DNA from: the human T2T-CHM13v2.0 reference genome, Homo sapiens
Strand: one strand, 5' to 3'
Length of the DNA stretch: 64,000 bases
Assembly (NCBI RefSeq): GCF_009914755.1
Contig: NC_060946.1
In this document: positions 23,011 to 40,298 of the stretch, in pieces
Numbering within the stretch: the first letter of the stretch is position 1
Layout of the letters: each line of letters starts with the position of its first letter
Notes under the pieces: generated by a model
The model's input: only the letters and a program-made list of their open reading frames with translations
What the model was told of the DNA's origin: nothing
Database searches by the model: none
Translations under genes and position numbers: made by a program

Positions 23011-23443
23011 TTTCATGCGCGTCCGTGTGAAGAGACCACCAAACAGGCTTTGTGTGAGCAATAAAGCTGTTTATTTCACCTGGGTGCAGGTGGGCTGAGT
23101 CCGAAAAGAGAGTCAGCGAAGGGAGATAGGGGTGGGGTCGTTTTATAGGATTTGGGAAGGTAATGGAAAATTAGTCAATTGTTCTCTGGTGGGCAGGGAT
23201 GGATCTCACAAAGTACATTCTCAAGGGTGGGGAGAATTACAAAGAACCTTCTTAAGGGTGGGGGAGATTACAAAGTACATTGATCAGTTAGGGTGGGGCA
23301 GGAACAAATCACAATGGTGGAATGTCATCAGTTACGGCTGTTTTTACTTCTTTTGTGGATCTTCAGTTACTTCAGGCCATCTGGATGTATACGTGCAAGT
23401 CACAGGGGATGCGATGGCCTGGCCTGGGCTCAGAGGCCTGACA
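23011..23443 (-). mobile_element. HERV-H solo LTR (LTR7B/LTR7Y-like)
   Basis: Minus strand TGTCAGGCCTCTGAGCCC...CACACGGACGCGCATGAAA. TATAAAA at 23147-23141, AATAAA at 23075-23070. Perfect 5-bp TSD gtttt (23006-23010 / 23444-23448). Confidence 0.93.
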
Positions 23444-24644
23444 GTTTTTAACTGAGCTTATTGGCGTGTTGTGCTCGCCACAGATTTGCCTGAGACACAG
23501 CCCCTTTCCTGAGGGATGGTAAAGGAACCGTCACAGCGCAGTCTTGTCAGTCTGTAATGTGTATACTGCAGGGGTTTCTTGCGAAGCGGCGGTTAACTTG
23601 AGCAGACCAGGGGCAGTCTAGTGAGTAGGTGACGAATAAATTGAGTCCTAGAAAGACAAGTAGGAGTGTGAATAGCCACCATTCCAAGCTGAGGAGTTAG
23701 GAAACATGAGCATTTACTGCGTGGAGGGAGGATCTTGTAGGCTGAGAGTTCTGGGGCTCGAGGAGTAAGAGAGCCCAGGAGATGATGGAATGAGGGTGAG
23801 CAGGTACTAGCACTTTAGTGGGGGTGTTGTGCCAAGGAATTGAGCCTGTGTTTGGCATGTGGCATTCTTTGGAGTAGTGAAATGCCAGTGTTGGGAATAT
23901 GCCTAGAGTCCCTGTCCCTGGAGATGGATGCAGGGCAGAGAAGAGAGACCAGTTAAGCTATTAAGAGAGTTTGAACATTTGGAGGGAGTAGGGAACCTGT
24001 CCTTTTTCATCCTTATATTCTCACTGCTAGCTCACTGCCTGCCACATTGCTCCGTAAAATGATTGTGGCATGACCTAGTCGGGCGGGAGATTATAAAGGC
24101 CTGCATTAGACAGTGGTAGAAACTGAAAGAGGAAGACAGATTCCAGAGGAGGGGGAACGTAGACAATTCTTGATGACTAACTGGATGGAGGGGGGTGGGG
24201 TGTGGGGTGAAGCATTGTGGAAGGAAGGAAGCCGGGCTGAATGCTGGGAAACCTTTCAGTACAGTGGAAAGAGTAGGGACTGTAGAGTTAGTAGCTATGG
24301 GCTTTGGGAAGAATAGCCTTGGGATATTTCTGGGGATATTGCACAATCAGTGAACAGTGTTTTACTGATAAAATATAGTTATCTGTAGGTGAAAACTTGA
24401 GAGATATCCCACTTCAGGGTTCCTGCAAGAAAAGTCCCCAGGGCAAGGGTTCTTCTCTGGGAAAGCCCAGAATTAAGAACTGGAAGGGTGAGTTGTCATC
24501 AAAGAAAATGGGGGTAGGGGAAGTGTTAAGAGGGCTGGGAGGGTGATTGAAGAGTTTATGGGTGTTGAGTGACTGGATACTTCATAACTCAGCTTTATTT
24601 TGCTTCCGGGAGAATTGAGTTCTTTATTTTTTTCGATATTGCTG

Positions 24645-25531
<887 letters not shown>

Positions 25532-25899
25532 GCCGGGAAGAGCAGTTTCAGAGGTTGCCTTCCCTAGGTGATGTGGGTGTTCTCAGTTCTCAAATTTGTC
25601 TGTTTTCTCTCTAGGGTTCACTTTCTCTCTAGGGTTCACGTTGAAAGTCGTGATTCTTGGTGCCTTGATTTATTGTGCTCATAGGGTTAAAAAAAGATTT
25701 GCATTAGAATTCTAGACATACCTTTAACTCTTAACTTCCTCCCATGTTTTTACACTGTTGTTTAAATTTGGCCATTTTGGGAAATGCTTTATACCCAAGT
25801 AATTTATAGTTGATGAAGGGATAGAGAAAGTGTCTTGCTTGTGGCACCGTGACTCACACCTGTAATCCCAGCACCCTGGGAGGCTGAGATCTGGGACTA

Positions 25900-26171
<272 letters not shown>

Positions 26172-29100
26172 CTACCAAGAGCCTAGGGAACAATGCCCCA
26201 GAGCATGAGCTGGTATATAGTCTAGTCTCCTGGCTCCCACTGAGAAAAAGGGATTTTGAGTTGAGGCTGGCTATGACTAGACAGCCATTGCAGGGACTCT
26301 CCAGTTCAGCCTCTTAGCCCTCCACTGCCTCCACCTCATCTGGGCCCATTCTGGGCTGTGGTCTCCTGCTCTCTTCCCAGTCCCATCCTTCTTCCCCCAA
26401 CAGCACAAGTGAGGGTGAGGCCTAAAGTGTAGCCACTGCCCTGCTGCAGAACAATCAGTGACTTTTCTTAGCATTAGAATAAAACTCCAGATGTCCCACC
26501 CTCCCAGCCCCTCACCCTGACCTGGTATAGTCATCTCTTCTCCTACCCCCACCCTGTTCTGACCTCTCTGGTCTTTCAGCTTCTTGAACATTCTAAGCTT
26601 TTTTTTTTTTTTTTTTTTTTTTTGAGACAAGATCTTGCTCTGTGGCCCAGGTTAGAGTGCAGTGGTACGATGATAGCTCACTGCAGCCTTGACCTCCCAG
26701 GGTCAAATGATCCTCCCACTGTAGCCTTCTGAGTAGCTGGGACTACAGGCACACACCACCACGCCTGACTGATTTTTATATTTTTTGTAGAGATGAGGTT
26801 TCACCATGTTGCCCAGACTGGTCTTGAACTCCTGGGTTCAGATGATCCTCCCTACTAGCCTTCCAAAGCACTGGGATTACAGATGTGAGCTACTATGCCT
26901 GGCCCCTGAGCTCTTTCTTTTTAACCAATTTATTATCAAGTGTTTAAGGTATTGAAAAATGAGTAGACTCCTCCCCACCACTGTATTTATGACTAGCTCC
27001 TTCTTTTAGGTGTCTGCTCAGTATCAGATACTCAGAGGATCCTTCCCTGCTTGATCTAAAGTTGGTCACCGCCTCTGATATGTTTTATCTCAGCCCTTTT
27101 TAGTTTCCCATAGGACCTCATACCTATGAAGCTTGGTACCTGGTATACAAAACACTTGTTGAGAAGTGGAATAGTATTTTCTTGGGGGCTGTGTGAGTCA
27201 CCTCTTTTTTTTTTTTTTTTTTTTTTTGAGGTGGAGTCTCGCTCTGTTGCCCAGGCTGGAGTGCAGTGTCACAATCTCAGCTCACTGCAAGCTCCGCCTC
27301 CCAGGTTCACGCCATTCTCCTGCCTCAGCCTCCTGAGTAGCTGGGACTACAGGCGCCCGCCACCACGCCCAGCTAATTTTTTTTTTTTTTGAGACAGAGT
27401 CTCTCTCTGGAGTGCAATGGTGTGATCTCGGTTCCTTCAACCTCTGCCTCCCGGGTTCAAGCGATTCTCCTGCCTCAGCCTCCCGAATAGCTGGGGTTAC
27501 AGGCATGCGCCACCAGGCCCAGCTAATTTTTGTATTTTTAGTAGAGACGGGGTTTCACCATGTTGGTCAGGCTGGTCTCGAACTCCTGACCTCGTGATCC
27601 ACCCGCCTCGGCCTCCCAAAGTGCTGAGATTACAGACATGAGCCACCACGCCCGGCCGGGTCACCTCTTGTATTACAGTGGTATTCTTTATTTTTTTATT
27701 TTTTTAAGAGACAGGGTCTTGCTTTGTCACTTGGGCTGGAGTGCAGTTGGTATGATCATAGCTCACTGCAGCCTCAAACTCCTGGACTCAAGTGATTCTC
27801 CAGTGCAGTGGTATTCTTTACCTGAACCAGTGTACATTGTGAAGCTCTGGAGCCCCTGCTTTCTCCACTTGTTACACTTGTTAGCCTTTCTTTTTCTTTC
27901 TTTTTTTTTTTTTTGAGACGGAGTCTCGCCCTGTGGCCCAGGCTGGAGTGCATTGGTGCGATCTCAGCTCACTGCAACCTCTGCCTCCCGGGTTCAAGCA
28001 GTTCTCTGCCTCAGCCTCCAGAGTAGCTGGGATTACAGGCACCCGCCACCACTCCTGGCTAATTTTTGTATTTTTAGTAGAGACGGGGTTTCACCATCTT
28101 GGTCAGGCTGGTCTTGAACTCCCAACCTCATGACCCACCTGCCTCGGCCTCCCAAAGTGTTGGGATTACAGGCGTGAGCCACTGCACCTGGCCTAGCCTT
28201 TCTTAATCGTGTCCCTCATCAATGAAATGGTAGAAAGCCAATCTGTTTTACAGGTGTGGTAGAAGGGAAAAATGAAGAGACCTCTGTACAAGCCTTTGCA
28301 GAGGTCTTGGGACTCAGTGGTGAGCTCCCTGCCACCACCTCCTGTGCCCTTGCAGGAGTAGGAGATCTATAGTCTTGGAGAATAAGGGTGATACCCCAAT
28401 ACCCCAAGCCTGGTTAGGGAAATTGATGACCCTTATTGGAGCCTGTGGGGAGGTAGTTGGGAAATTGTTAGTAGCTTCATGTTGGCATTTTCTTTTTTGA
28501 AACAGAATCTTGCTCTCTCCTCCAGGTTGGAGTGCAGTGGCATGATCTTGGCACACTGCAACCTCTGGCTCCCAGGCTTAAGCGATCCTCCCACCTCAGC
28601 ATTCCCAAGTAGCTGGTACTACAGACGCATGCCACCAGGCCCAGCTAATTTTTGTATTTTGTGTAAGAGACAGGGTTTCACCATGTCTCCCAGGCTGGTC
28701 TTGATCTCCTGGGCTCAAGTGATCCACCTGCCTCAGCCTCCCAAAGGGCTAGGATTACAGGTGTGAGCCACCGTGCTTGCCTTTGTTGACTCTTTATTGA
28801 ACATCTACTCTCCCTGCAGAAACTGCAGGATAAGCCACCCTTAGAACCAATTTAACTGGCCTTTTTGGGGCTTGGACCTTCCTCATGGGATTGCTGGGTT
28901 AATGTTGAGCCTGTCTCTGGGCTATAGGCTCTCAGAGAACAAGAGTGCATCTGCAATGACTAGTGCTGCACCTGTCATACAGGTTTGTAGAAAATATTTA
29001 AGCTGTGAATGAACAAAAGGACCTTATCAGCTATTTTCTTTCAATTCTTTTTGGTTTTTCTGTGATCCTATTCTTGAGACTTTTATCCCTCCCACCCCTC

Positions 29101-29980
29101 TGTACAGCAGATTGCACATATAAAGATGAAATAAATAGATGTCCATTGGGCAAAACAATACAGAGAGGAGGTGACACAGCTGGGGAAGGACAGTCCAGTA
29201 TCTGATGAAGTGCCAGAAGGGGCTTAGGGGGAGCATGGAATGGAGCTGGAACTGCCAGGTCAGCCACCTCTTCTAGTGAAGCCTCCAGAGAGACGTGAGC
29301 TCCAAGTAAGACAACACAAGGAACAAAACATACAACTGAACAGCAACTTCCAAGGGTCTGGAGAGGTCTTCAGAAGGATAGGGAGTGCCCTTAAACTTGC
29401 AAGCCCAGATTCTGCCTGTGGGTCATGGTCGTGCCATAGGCAGAAGCCAGTGAGTCAGCCTTGGCGGAGCTTTTTCTGTGGCTTTTCCCACTCACAGCTC
29501 TGTGCCCTTCTGGTGCAGCTCCAGCCCTTGTTTTCCAGCTTCATAGCCTGGTTGTCACATAAATGGCTGCACTGGCTTACAGGTGTCTGTGTATAACCTA
29601 TTGCTAGAATGTCCATTCCTTGAGGCTAGGGGCCCTGTCTGTCCCTCTCTTCACTTTCATAGCCCCAGTGCCCCATAGGGCTGCTCCTGATGGGCAAATA
29701 GGAAGTGGTTGTTGAGCCTCTAGGCCAGTCGTGACAGTGACCTGAGGGGACTTGAGCCCTCAGTCATCTGCTCAGGAGTTCAGGGCTTTCTCAACAGCAG
29801 CTGACGTGCGGCAGGCATGCTATGCCAAGCCCTGTTGCAGGAGTTGACAGATGTTGACTCATCCCCTCTTCATGCTTTCTTTGTCAGTAGATGTACATGT
29901 TACTCACATTTATAAGATGAGGAAAATGAGACCTAGAGGAGAGGCCACTGCTGCTTAGAGTTACTCTACATGTTGTAAAT

Positions 29981-30123
29981 CAGGGGTGTCCAGTCTTTTG
30001 GCTTCCCTGGGCCATGTAGGAAGAAGAATTGTTTTGGGCCACACATAAGATACACTAACACTAATGATAGCTGACGAGCTAAAAAAAAAAATTGCCAAAA
30101 AATCTCATAATAAAGTTTACGAA
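29981..30123 (+). mobile_element. MER30 (hAT-Charlie), 3'-truncated at an Alu
   Basis: CAGGGGTGTCCAGTCTTTTGGCTTCCCTGGGCCA...ACACTAACACTAATGATAGCTGA...AAAGTTTACGAA. Confidence 0.82.
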
Positions 30124-30259
30124 GGCTGGGCGTAGTGGCTCACGCCTATAATCCTAGCACTTTGGGAGGCTAAGGTGGGTGGATTGCTTGAGGTCAGGAG
30201 TTTGAGACCAGTCTGGGCAACATGGTGAAACCCCATTTCTACTAAAAATACAAAAATTA

Positions 30260-30451
<192 letters not shown>

Positions 30452-30617
30452 CTACTAAAAATACAAAAATTAGCCAGGCATAGTGGTGCACACCTGTAGT
30501 CCCAGCTACTTGGGAGGCTGAGGTAGGAGAATCGCTTGAACCTGAGAGGCGGAGGTTGCAGTGAGTCAAGATCACGCCACTTCACTCTAGCCGGTGACAG
30601 AGCAAGACTCTGTCTCA

Positions 30618-31166
<549 letters not shown>

Positions 31167-32691
31167 CTACCACAGTTGCAGGCCCTGACATCCACCCTGA
31201 CCAGAGGTCTTCCAGCTATTACTGGTGTTTGTGATGCTGTGGCTGTGGCCAGTCAAGGACCCATGCTGGGCATCCCGAGGTAGGAAGGACCATGACCACG
31301 TGATTATCTCCCTGCCACTATCATGGCAGGGCTGTGGGGTACTAGCCTCCTTTAAAGCATTCCTTAGGACAGTAATTTCTGTTAAATATCTGGAGGGCAA
31401 ACATTTTAAGGAATTTTAATGAATTTTTAAAAATTCAAAATGAAAAATTTAAATCATAAAACCAAATAGAAGAAAGACCCCTATGTCCATATACGCACCA
31501 CTCTGCTTCAGTGATTATCAACTCTTGTCTCATGTACTTGACCTCCACACAATTATTATTACTATTTTTTGAGAAAGGGTCTTGTTATGTTGCCCAGGCT
31601 GGAGTGCAGCAGTACAATCATAGCTCACTGCAGCCAACTCCTGGGCTTAAGTGATCTTCCTGCCTTAGCTCCCCAAGTAGCTGGGACTAAGGGTAGGCGC
31701 CACCATGCTGGCTAATTTTCTTATTTTTTTTTTTTTTTGGTAGAGACCAGGTCTTGGTTTGTTGCCCAGGCTGGTCTTGAACTCTTGGCCTCAAGTGAGC
31801 CTCCTGCCTTTGCCTCCCAAAGTGTTGGATTACAGGCATGAGCCACTACGCCTGGCCATCCCCAGTTATTTTGATGCCCAGACTGTTTTAGTGGCTGCCC
31901 ACTGTCTGTGGATTCTGTTCTTAGTCTTGATCCTTCGTGCAGTGTCTGCACCTGCCTGCCAGTTCCTTGACCTGTGCTCCATCATACCAAGCTGGCAGTG
32001 GATCCTCAGACAATCTCAGTTCTTACTCCCTGCTCTGTGTCCAGTTTGTTTGCCTACCTAAAAGATCCTTCCTTTTCGTGGCTGAGCGGTGCAGCCGTTC
32101 TCCAAGGAGACTGGGCCTTCTGCTGCCCCCACCACCCTGCTCTTTTCACTGCCCCCACCCCGCTGCTCTTTTCACAGGCTTGGTGAGGAGTTTCCAGGTT
32201 GCACTTGGTTTGTTTGAAGGCTTATCTCCTCCTAGTCTGAACTCGTCAGGGCAGGAGCTTGAATCAATCATTTCCTGCCTCTCAGGACTGCTGTAGCAGG
32301 GGGATTCCTAGATCTGTCCAGTGCCAGTTTCCTGAGTACTGCTGCAGGCCCATTTCAGCTGCTATGGTGATGGGGGCTGTCCTGAGGGGACATTCACCTC
32401 AGGTAGAGATGGCAGAAACACCACAGGAAGATGCAACCAGTCAGCTCAGCTGGGGGCACTTAAATTAGATCCATTTTTTTTCTGGAAGGCCTTTTGGCAA
32501 TACTGTTTATCCCAGTACCTTAAAAATGTCGATTTCCTCCAAGGGCGCAATCAGGAAAGTATTCAAAGCCTGATGGTGATGAGGGTGCTCATTGCCGCAT
32601 CATTGTCTCAGGAGTGGGATTTGTGAAACAGACCAACAGTGGGAGCTTGGTTAGAGTTGTAGCTGCAGGTGATGGGCTCTGTGCTGCTGTT

Positions 32692-32764
32692 GACATTGAC
32701 GTGAGGGACTGCCATAATGCGTCGACATTGACGTGAGGGACTGCCATAATGCGTCAACATCGAC
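32692..32764 (+). repeat. Perfect 32-bp tandem duplication plus a partial third unit
   Basis: GACATTGACGTGAGGGACTGCCATAATGCGTC x2, then AACATCGAC. Confidence 0.95.
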
Positions 32765-33355
32765 AAGCGCTTGTTACCAAGCAGGATGCGTGGTACAGGC
32801 TGAGTTTTATTAAACAGATGTCTTTAACTGGTATGAATGATTTTAATTTTTTCTTTGTTTGAGATGGAGTCTCGCCCTGTCGCCCAGGCTTGCGTGCCTG
32901 GTGACTTCTCTCACCTGGGCCCTCAATGCCAGACCAGCCTTCCCAGGATGATTCCATCCTTTCCATCCCTGCAAGGGAGCTTGAGGCCCTTTCCCTTTCA
33001 GTTTGATACTGTCCTTCCAAGTTACCTTTCTTCATGTTGGCACGAGAGCTTTGTGCCACACCATGCCCTTTCTGGATGCTGTAGTGTCTGGCTCTTCCTC
33101 TGTCTCTGTGACCCTCTTCCCTGGTGAAGCTTTGACCTTGGCTTCATCCCCTCCAGATGACCCCTGATGGTTAGCTCAGCCTGTGGTGGCTCCAGAGCCC
33201 TCATTGAGTGCATCCTGACATGAACTGAACAGATTAACTATTTTTTGCCTTGCCAACAGCATTGGAAATTCCTTGAGTGTGGGACCTGGACTCATAGCTC
33301 TATGTCTCTTATAGTTCTTAGCACAATATCTTGGCCTAGATGAAGTACATAATAA

Positions 33356-33806
<451 letters not shown>

Positions 33807-35577
33807 TGAGACATTTATTTAAAGACAAAGGGGAGTACAGGCTAGAGAACAGAGGGGAATAGAATAGCAGCCAAGGCATAATTACCTCTAAACCATCACC
33901 CCATAAGGGAGATGTTCGCCTCAACTTTAGTAATGACTCTCTTTCTAGTCTAGGTGCAGGGCTGTTAATAGAGGCCCCGTGATTGGGTTAAGGGCTTGAG
34001 GTACAATAACTCTGTTATTTAGGGCAGTGAGTCCTTGGAGAAGATGCTTTACCTTCTTTCCAAGCCCCATGTCTCCTTATTTTGAGGGTGTTTTTTTTTT
34101 TTTTTCTTGAGACAGTCTTGCTCTGTTGCCCAGGCTGGAGTGCAGTGGCCTGACCTCGGCTCACTGGCCTGACCTTGGCTCACTGCAACCTCCGCCTTCC
34201 GAGTTCAAGTGATTCTTGTGCCTCAGCCTTCTGAGTGGCTGGGATTACAGGCCTGCACCACCACACCTGGCTAATTTTTGTATTTTTATTAGAGATGGGG
34301 CTTCACCATATTGGCCAAGCTGGTCTCAAACTTCTGACCTCAGGTGATCTGCCTGCCGCATCCTCCCACAGTGCTGGGATTACAGGCGTGAGCCATTGCA
34401 TCCGGCCTGAGGTTTTTATTTTGAGAATATTTCAAATGTACAGAGAGTTGCAAGGACAGTAAAAGCACTCAGGCATCCTCTTCCCTGGGATTCACCAGCT
34501 CATTCTCACTTTTACCATCTTCCCATACTCCCTGGGGGCCTCCTCCTTCTGGGCTTCGTTTCCTTTTATTTGTTTCTGTCTTTTTAATTTTAATTTTTTT
34601 TTAACTAGCCCTTCTCTTTGGCAGGATTTGTTCACTTTTAATCCTTGGCCCCAGCAGCTTCTCTGAGCTCTGCCTATGAATCTGGGGGAGAGATAGGGGC
34701 TCACACAAGAGTGAAGTGTGAGCTGGAGGGCTGAAGGGGAATGAGGGACATCTGGGCCAAAGGCAGGGGACCAGCAAGGCCCCCACCCCTGGAACTTCTG
34801 TTCTTCCCAGCCTACGTACCCCTTGCTTCTTCTTATGTTGGTGGGCTCTGGGGGCTGGGTGAAAGCAGTGCTTGTAGGTTAAGAAGTGACTCATCCCACG
34901 TGCCCGCTGCCCTTCTCTTCTGTTCTTTGCTCTTTCCAAGCTTCCTTTCAGTCCTCCTCATCAGACATGACCTTTGAGGAAGTGATGAGTCTGCTATGTG
35001 TGAGACAGAGCCCCTGTTGTGAAGTAGAACTCAGGGTTCGTCCTCAGAAGCCTCGGTGGGTCACCATACGTCCTGCAAGTGCTGTCAGTCTGCTTTGATT
35101 CGTGTGAGGGAGAAGTCCCTGCCAAGTGCTCTGTAGTAGGCATTCAGGCCAACCAAAGAACAGGGCAGGGTCCTGAGGCACAGGCTCAGAGCTCTTGCTT
35201 ATTTCATGGGGTGTTTAAATTGAGGTATAATCCCTATCACAGTGAACGACACGCATACTTCCAATCTTGAGTGTGCCACCAGAGAACTGTTGATACTCCC
35301 CAGATCTGCACCCAGCCAGGGCAAACTGTGCACCACTCTTCTGACTTCCATGGCCAGCCGAGACATTTGGAATCTCTGTGCAATCACACTCTGTGCCATC
35401 TTTTTTTCGAGACAGGGTCTCGCCCTGTTGCCCAGGGTAGAGTGCAGTGGTACAATCTCGGCTAACTGCAGTCTCGACCTCCTGTGGGCTCAAGCAATCT
35501 TCCCACCTCAGCCTCCCAAGTAGCTGGTACTACAGGTGCTCACCACCATGCCCTGCTAATTTTTGTGTTTTTTGTAG

Positions 35578-35913
<336 letters not shown>

Positions 35914-35916
35914 TAG

Positions 35917-36168
<252 letters not shown>

Positions 36169-36335
36169 TAGCTGGGACTACAGGCGCCCATCACCACACC
36201 CGGCTAATTTTTTTTTTTTTTTGTATTTTTTTTAGTAGAGATGGGGTTTCACCATGTTAGCCAGGATGGTCTCCATCTCCTGACCCCGTGATCCCCCTAC
36301 CTCGGCCTCCCAAAATGCTGGGATTACAGGCGTGA

Positions 36336-36593
<258 letters not shown>

Positions 36594-39210
36594 TGACCTC
36601 AGGTGATCCACCCGCCTTGGCCTCCCAAAATACTGGGATTATAGGCGTGAGCCACCGTGACCAGCCTGTTCTTGTTTATGACGTGTTATTCCATGGAGGA
36701 CTCTGTTCCAGATAACTCTTTTATTTTGTGCCTAATGAACTTTGGTGTTAGTTCCAGATGTTGGCTACATGAAGGCAACCCCAGGAATGGCTTTGGTCAT
36801 GTCTTCTGGTAAATATATGCACTTAATTCTCTGGGCTGTGCACCTAGAAGTTAAATAGAGGACTGGGTCAGAGGATGTGTCTCTTAGCATGTTCTGCTGA
36901 ACAGTGTTCCCAAGTGGTACCAGTTTACGTTCCCACCAGCAAAATGTGAGGGAGTTCCACTTGCTGGACATCCTTGCCAACACCTGGTATTGTCAAGGAA
37001 CCTGTCTGTAACAGGCACTCTCGTTGATTTTGAATGCACGCTGAAATTTACTGGGTGCAGTGACAGTAGGAAGGGAAAGGATGATTAAAAAAAGAAAAAA
37101 GGAATGGAAAGGCTGATCTAGGAGGGAGGAAGCTCATAAGGAAATAAGTGGTAGGATTTGGTGATTCCATGTGTGAATGCTCGTATTCCGTGTGCATGCG
37201 TATATGAGCTTGCAGGAGAAAGGGAGGAGGGAGGCACTGGTATGCACTCCACCAGTTCTCCTGCCACAGCCTCTCTACTGATCTGAGGGCTGGGTGTAAG
37301 GTGATGATGTGGGGAGTGGGTGTGGGTGAAATTTCCAACAGTCAGTGGGAGATGGGGGAAGCAAACCTGGGAAGAGCAGCCTGCTGCAGGAGCAAGTGGG
37401 TGGGCCGTCCTGGAGGCTGGATGAAACCTGTCTGCCTAGGTGGGGATGGCAGAAGTGGCAGAGCAGAGAACTCCAGAGCAGGGCTGTGGTGGGCAGAGCA
37501 GATGTGAAGGAAGACTGTGGGATGAGAGGATGGGGCACGGTGGAGCCCCATCAGCCTCCAGTCACAGCAGCCCCGGTCCCGTCTCTCCCTCCTGTTTTGG
37601 TCAGTACCTTCAGGACTTGTGGGTGTAGTACTTCGTTCCATTCCGGATAACATTGTAGAAGACTGAAAAACAGGAAGGTGTTTTCCATACTCTCTCCAGA
37701 GCTGGCTGTTACTGACATATTGATATATTTCCACCAGTCTTGTGTGTGCTTATAGCTTGATATGTATGCATTTTAAATATGTAAATATATATACACATGT
37801 ATTTTTAAAGTGAAACTAGGCTGAGACTGTGAGTTCAGTTTTGAGTTATAGGTTTCCCATGGCTTAGGTTGTGTTCTCTCCCTGGATGGAGTCTGGCTGG
37901 GACCTGCATGCTCACAGCCCAGGTTCACATGAGGTGTGGATCATGCACAATCATCCCACGGGCTTGAGATAAGCATTTGACTTCCTTTTTTTTTAAAAAA
38001 AAAGTTCATTATGGACTTTTTCAAGTGTTCCCAGAAGTAGAGATAATAGAAAAGTGGTCTCCCAACTACTTTGAGAGTTAGCAACATATGGCCAGTGTTG
38101 CTTCACCCACCCTTCCTCATCACCTCCTGGACTATTTTAAATCACATCCCAGACACCAGATGATTTCAACTGTGAGTACTTGAGTGCAGATCTCTAAAAG
38201 ATCGAGCTTCCCCACCCCCACCAAATACCACAGAGCCATGTGAGATCAGCATTTGGGTTGGCAGATCTCCTCCTTGCCACATGCTTGCCTGGTGGTGAAT
38301 GGGACACTTTCAGGCGAGACCTAGGGGAGCCCCAGGCCAGCACCAGGACAGAGATCTCGAGGCCTTTCCAACTCTGCTGGTTCTTCAGAAGTCAAACCAA
38401 CAGATTGGAGTATGTGAAGGAAGCTCGTGTATTCTTCTGAACTAGCTTAGACAACAGTACACAGTTTGAAGGGCAGCAGCCTTTTCTGCAGGTTAGTTCT
38501 TTCAATGATCTTGTTTACTGGGAGTTGAGAGACCTTGAGGATAGAGGCAAGAAAGCGTCATCAAGCAGCCCAGAGGGGTGTACAGTGTTTGAAGTCTCCT
38601 GTATTGGTATGATTCGAGATTTTCATTCTGCAGGACCAAAATACCCATTCCTACATGTGGGTGGAGAGTTAAATTCTGAAGTATATATTTTTATCTTGTT
38701 AAAAAAACACTTTTATGTTTCTTTAAAAAGTAAAAGAACCAGAATGTAGAAGTTTCAGTAAAGGAAAAAGTTACAGTTTGTTTGGGATACAGTTTGACAA
38801 ATGTGCTCCCAGCTGCCTGAGAGATAGAGAGGCCAGATGTTTGCTTTGGTTACATTGATGACTGAACAATCGGTATCTCATCATTTCCTGCCTTAGAGAT
38901 GAAAGCACCTGGGCACTGGGGCAGTAAATTGGTTGCAGGATTGGAAGAAGTCCAAGGACAGTGTGGGATGCCACCCTGTAGCTGTCTAGAGACCTAGTGA
39001 AGGTCAGAAGGCTGGGTGAGAACAAGCCCTGCACTGATGGAGGACAGGGAAGGGGCTTTTCTGGCTGGGAGTGTGGTGAGGCATTTGAGCTGCAGCCAGA
39101 AGGCACCTCTCAGATTGGTGGGGCTTGGGGTGGGGGTGGGAGGAACTGCTTTGCCTGTGCCGTTGGCCTCACTCATCCTGAGGTCCCTTCAAACTCCATC
39201 CATACTCTGA

Positions 39211-39477
<267 letters not shown>

Positions 39478-40142
39478 TGACCTCGTGATCCGCCTGCCTT
39501 GGCCTCCCAAAGTCCTGGGATTATAAGTGTGAGCCACTGTTCCCTGGCCTGTGGCAATTTTTTGAGACGCTCCTGGGGGTCCAAATTGCTAATAGAGGAG
39601 AAACTTACTGTCCCTGTGTTGACTGAGACAGGAAGGTTTAGATAGGTGAAAGTGGTCTGGGCGCAGTTGCTCACACCTATAATCCAGCACTTTGGGAGGC
39701 CAAGGTGGGAGAATCGCTTGATGCCAGGAGTTCAAGACTAGCTTGGGCAACATAGTGAGATCCTGTCTCTATAAAAAATAATTTTAAAAAATTAGCTAGG
39801 CCTGTAGTCCCAGCTACTCGGGAGACTGAGGAGGGAGGATTGCTTGAGCCTAGGAGTCGGAGGCTGCAGTGAGCTGATTGCGCCACCATACTCCACCCTG
39901 GGCAACACAGAGAGCCTGTCTCAAAAACAAAAGAAAGGTGAACATGAGTTTTTTTGTTTTTTTTTTGACATAGTTTTGCCCTGTCCCACAGGCGTGGGCC
40001 ACCACGCCCAGCTAATTTTTGTATTTTTAGTGGAGATGGGGTTTCGCCATGTTGGCCAGGCTGGTCTTGAACTCCTGGCCTCTCAAGTGATCCACCCACC
40101 TCGGTCTCCCAAAGTTTTGGGATTACAGACATGAGCCATTGA

Positions 40143-40298
<156 letters not shown>

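Noticed and set aside
36700-39200. Possible antisense lncRNA or extra exons in a unique stretch of MED15 intron 1
   Set aside because: Isolated splice-like motifs exist, but no exon structure can be supported from sequence alone.
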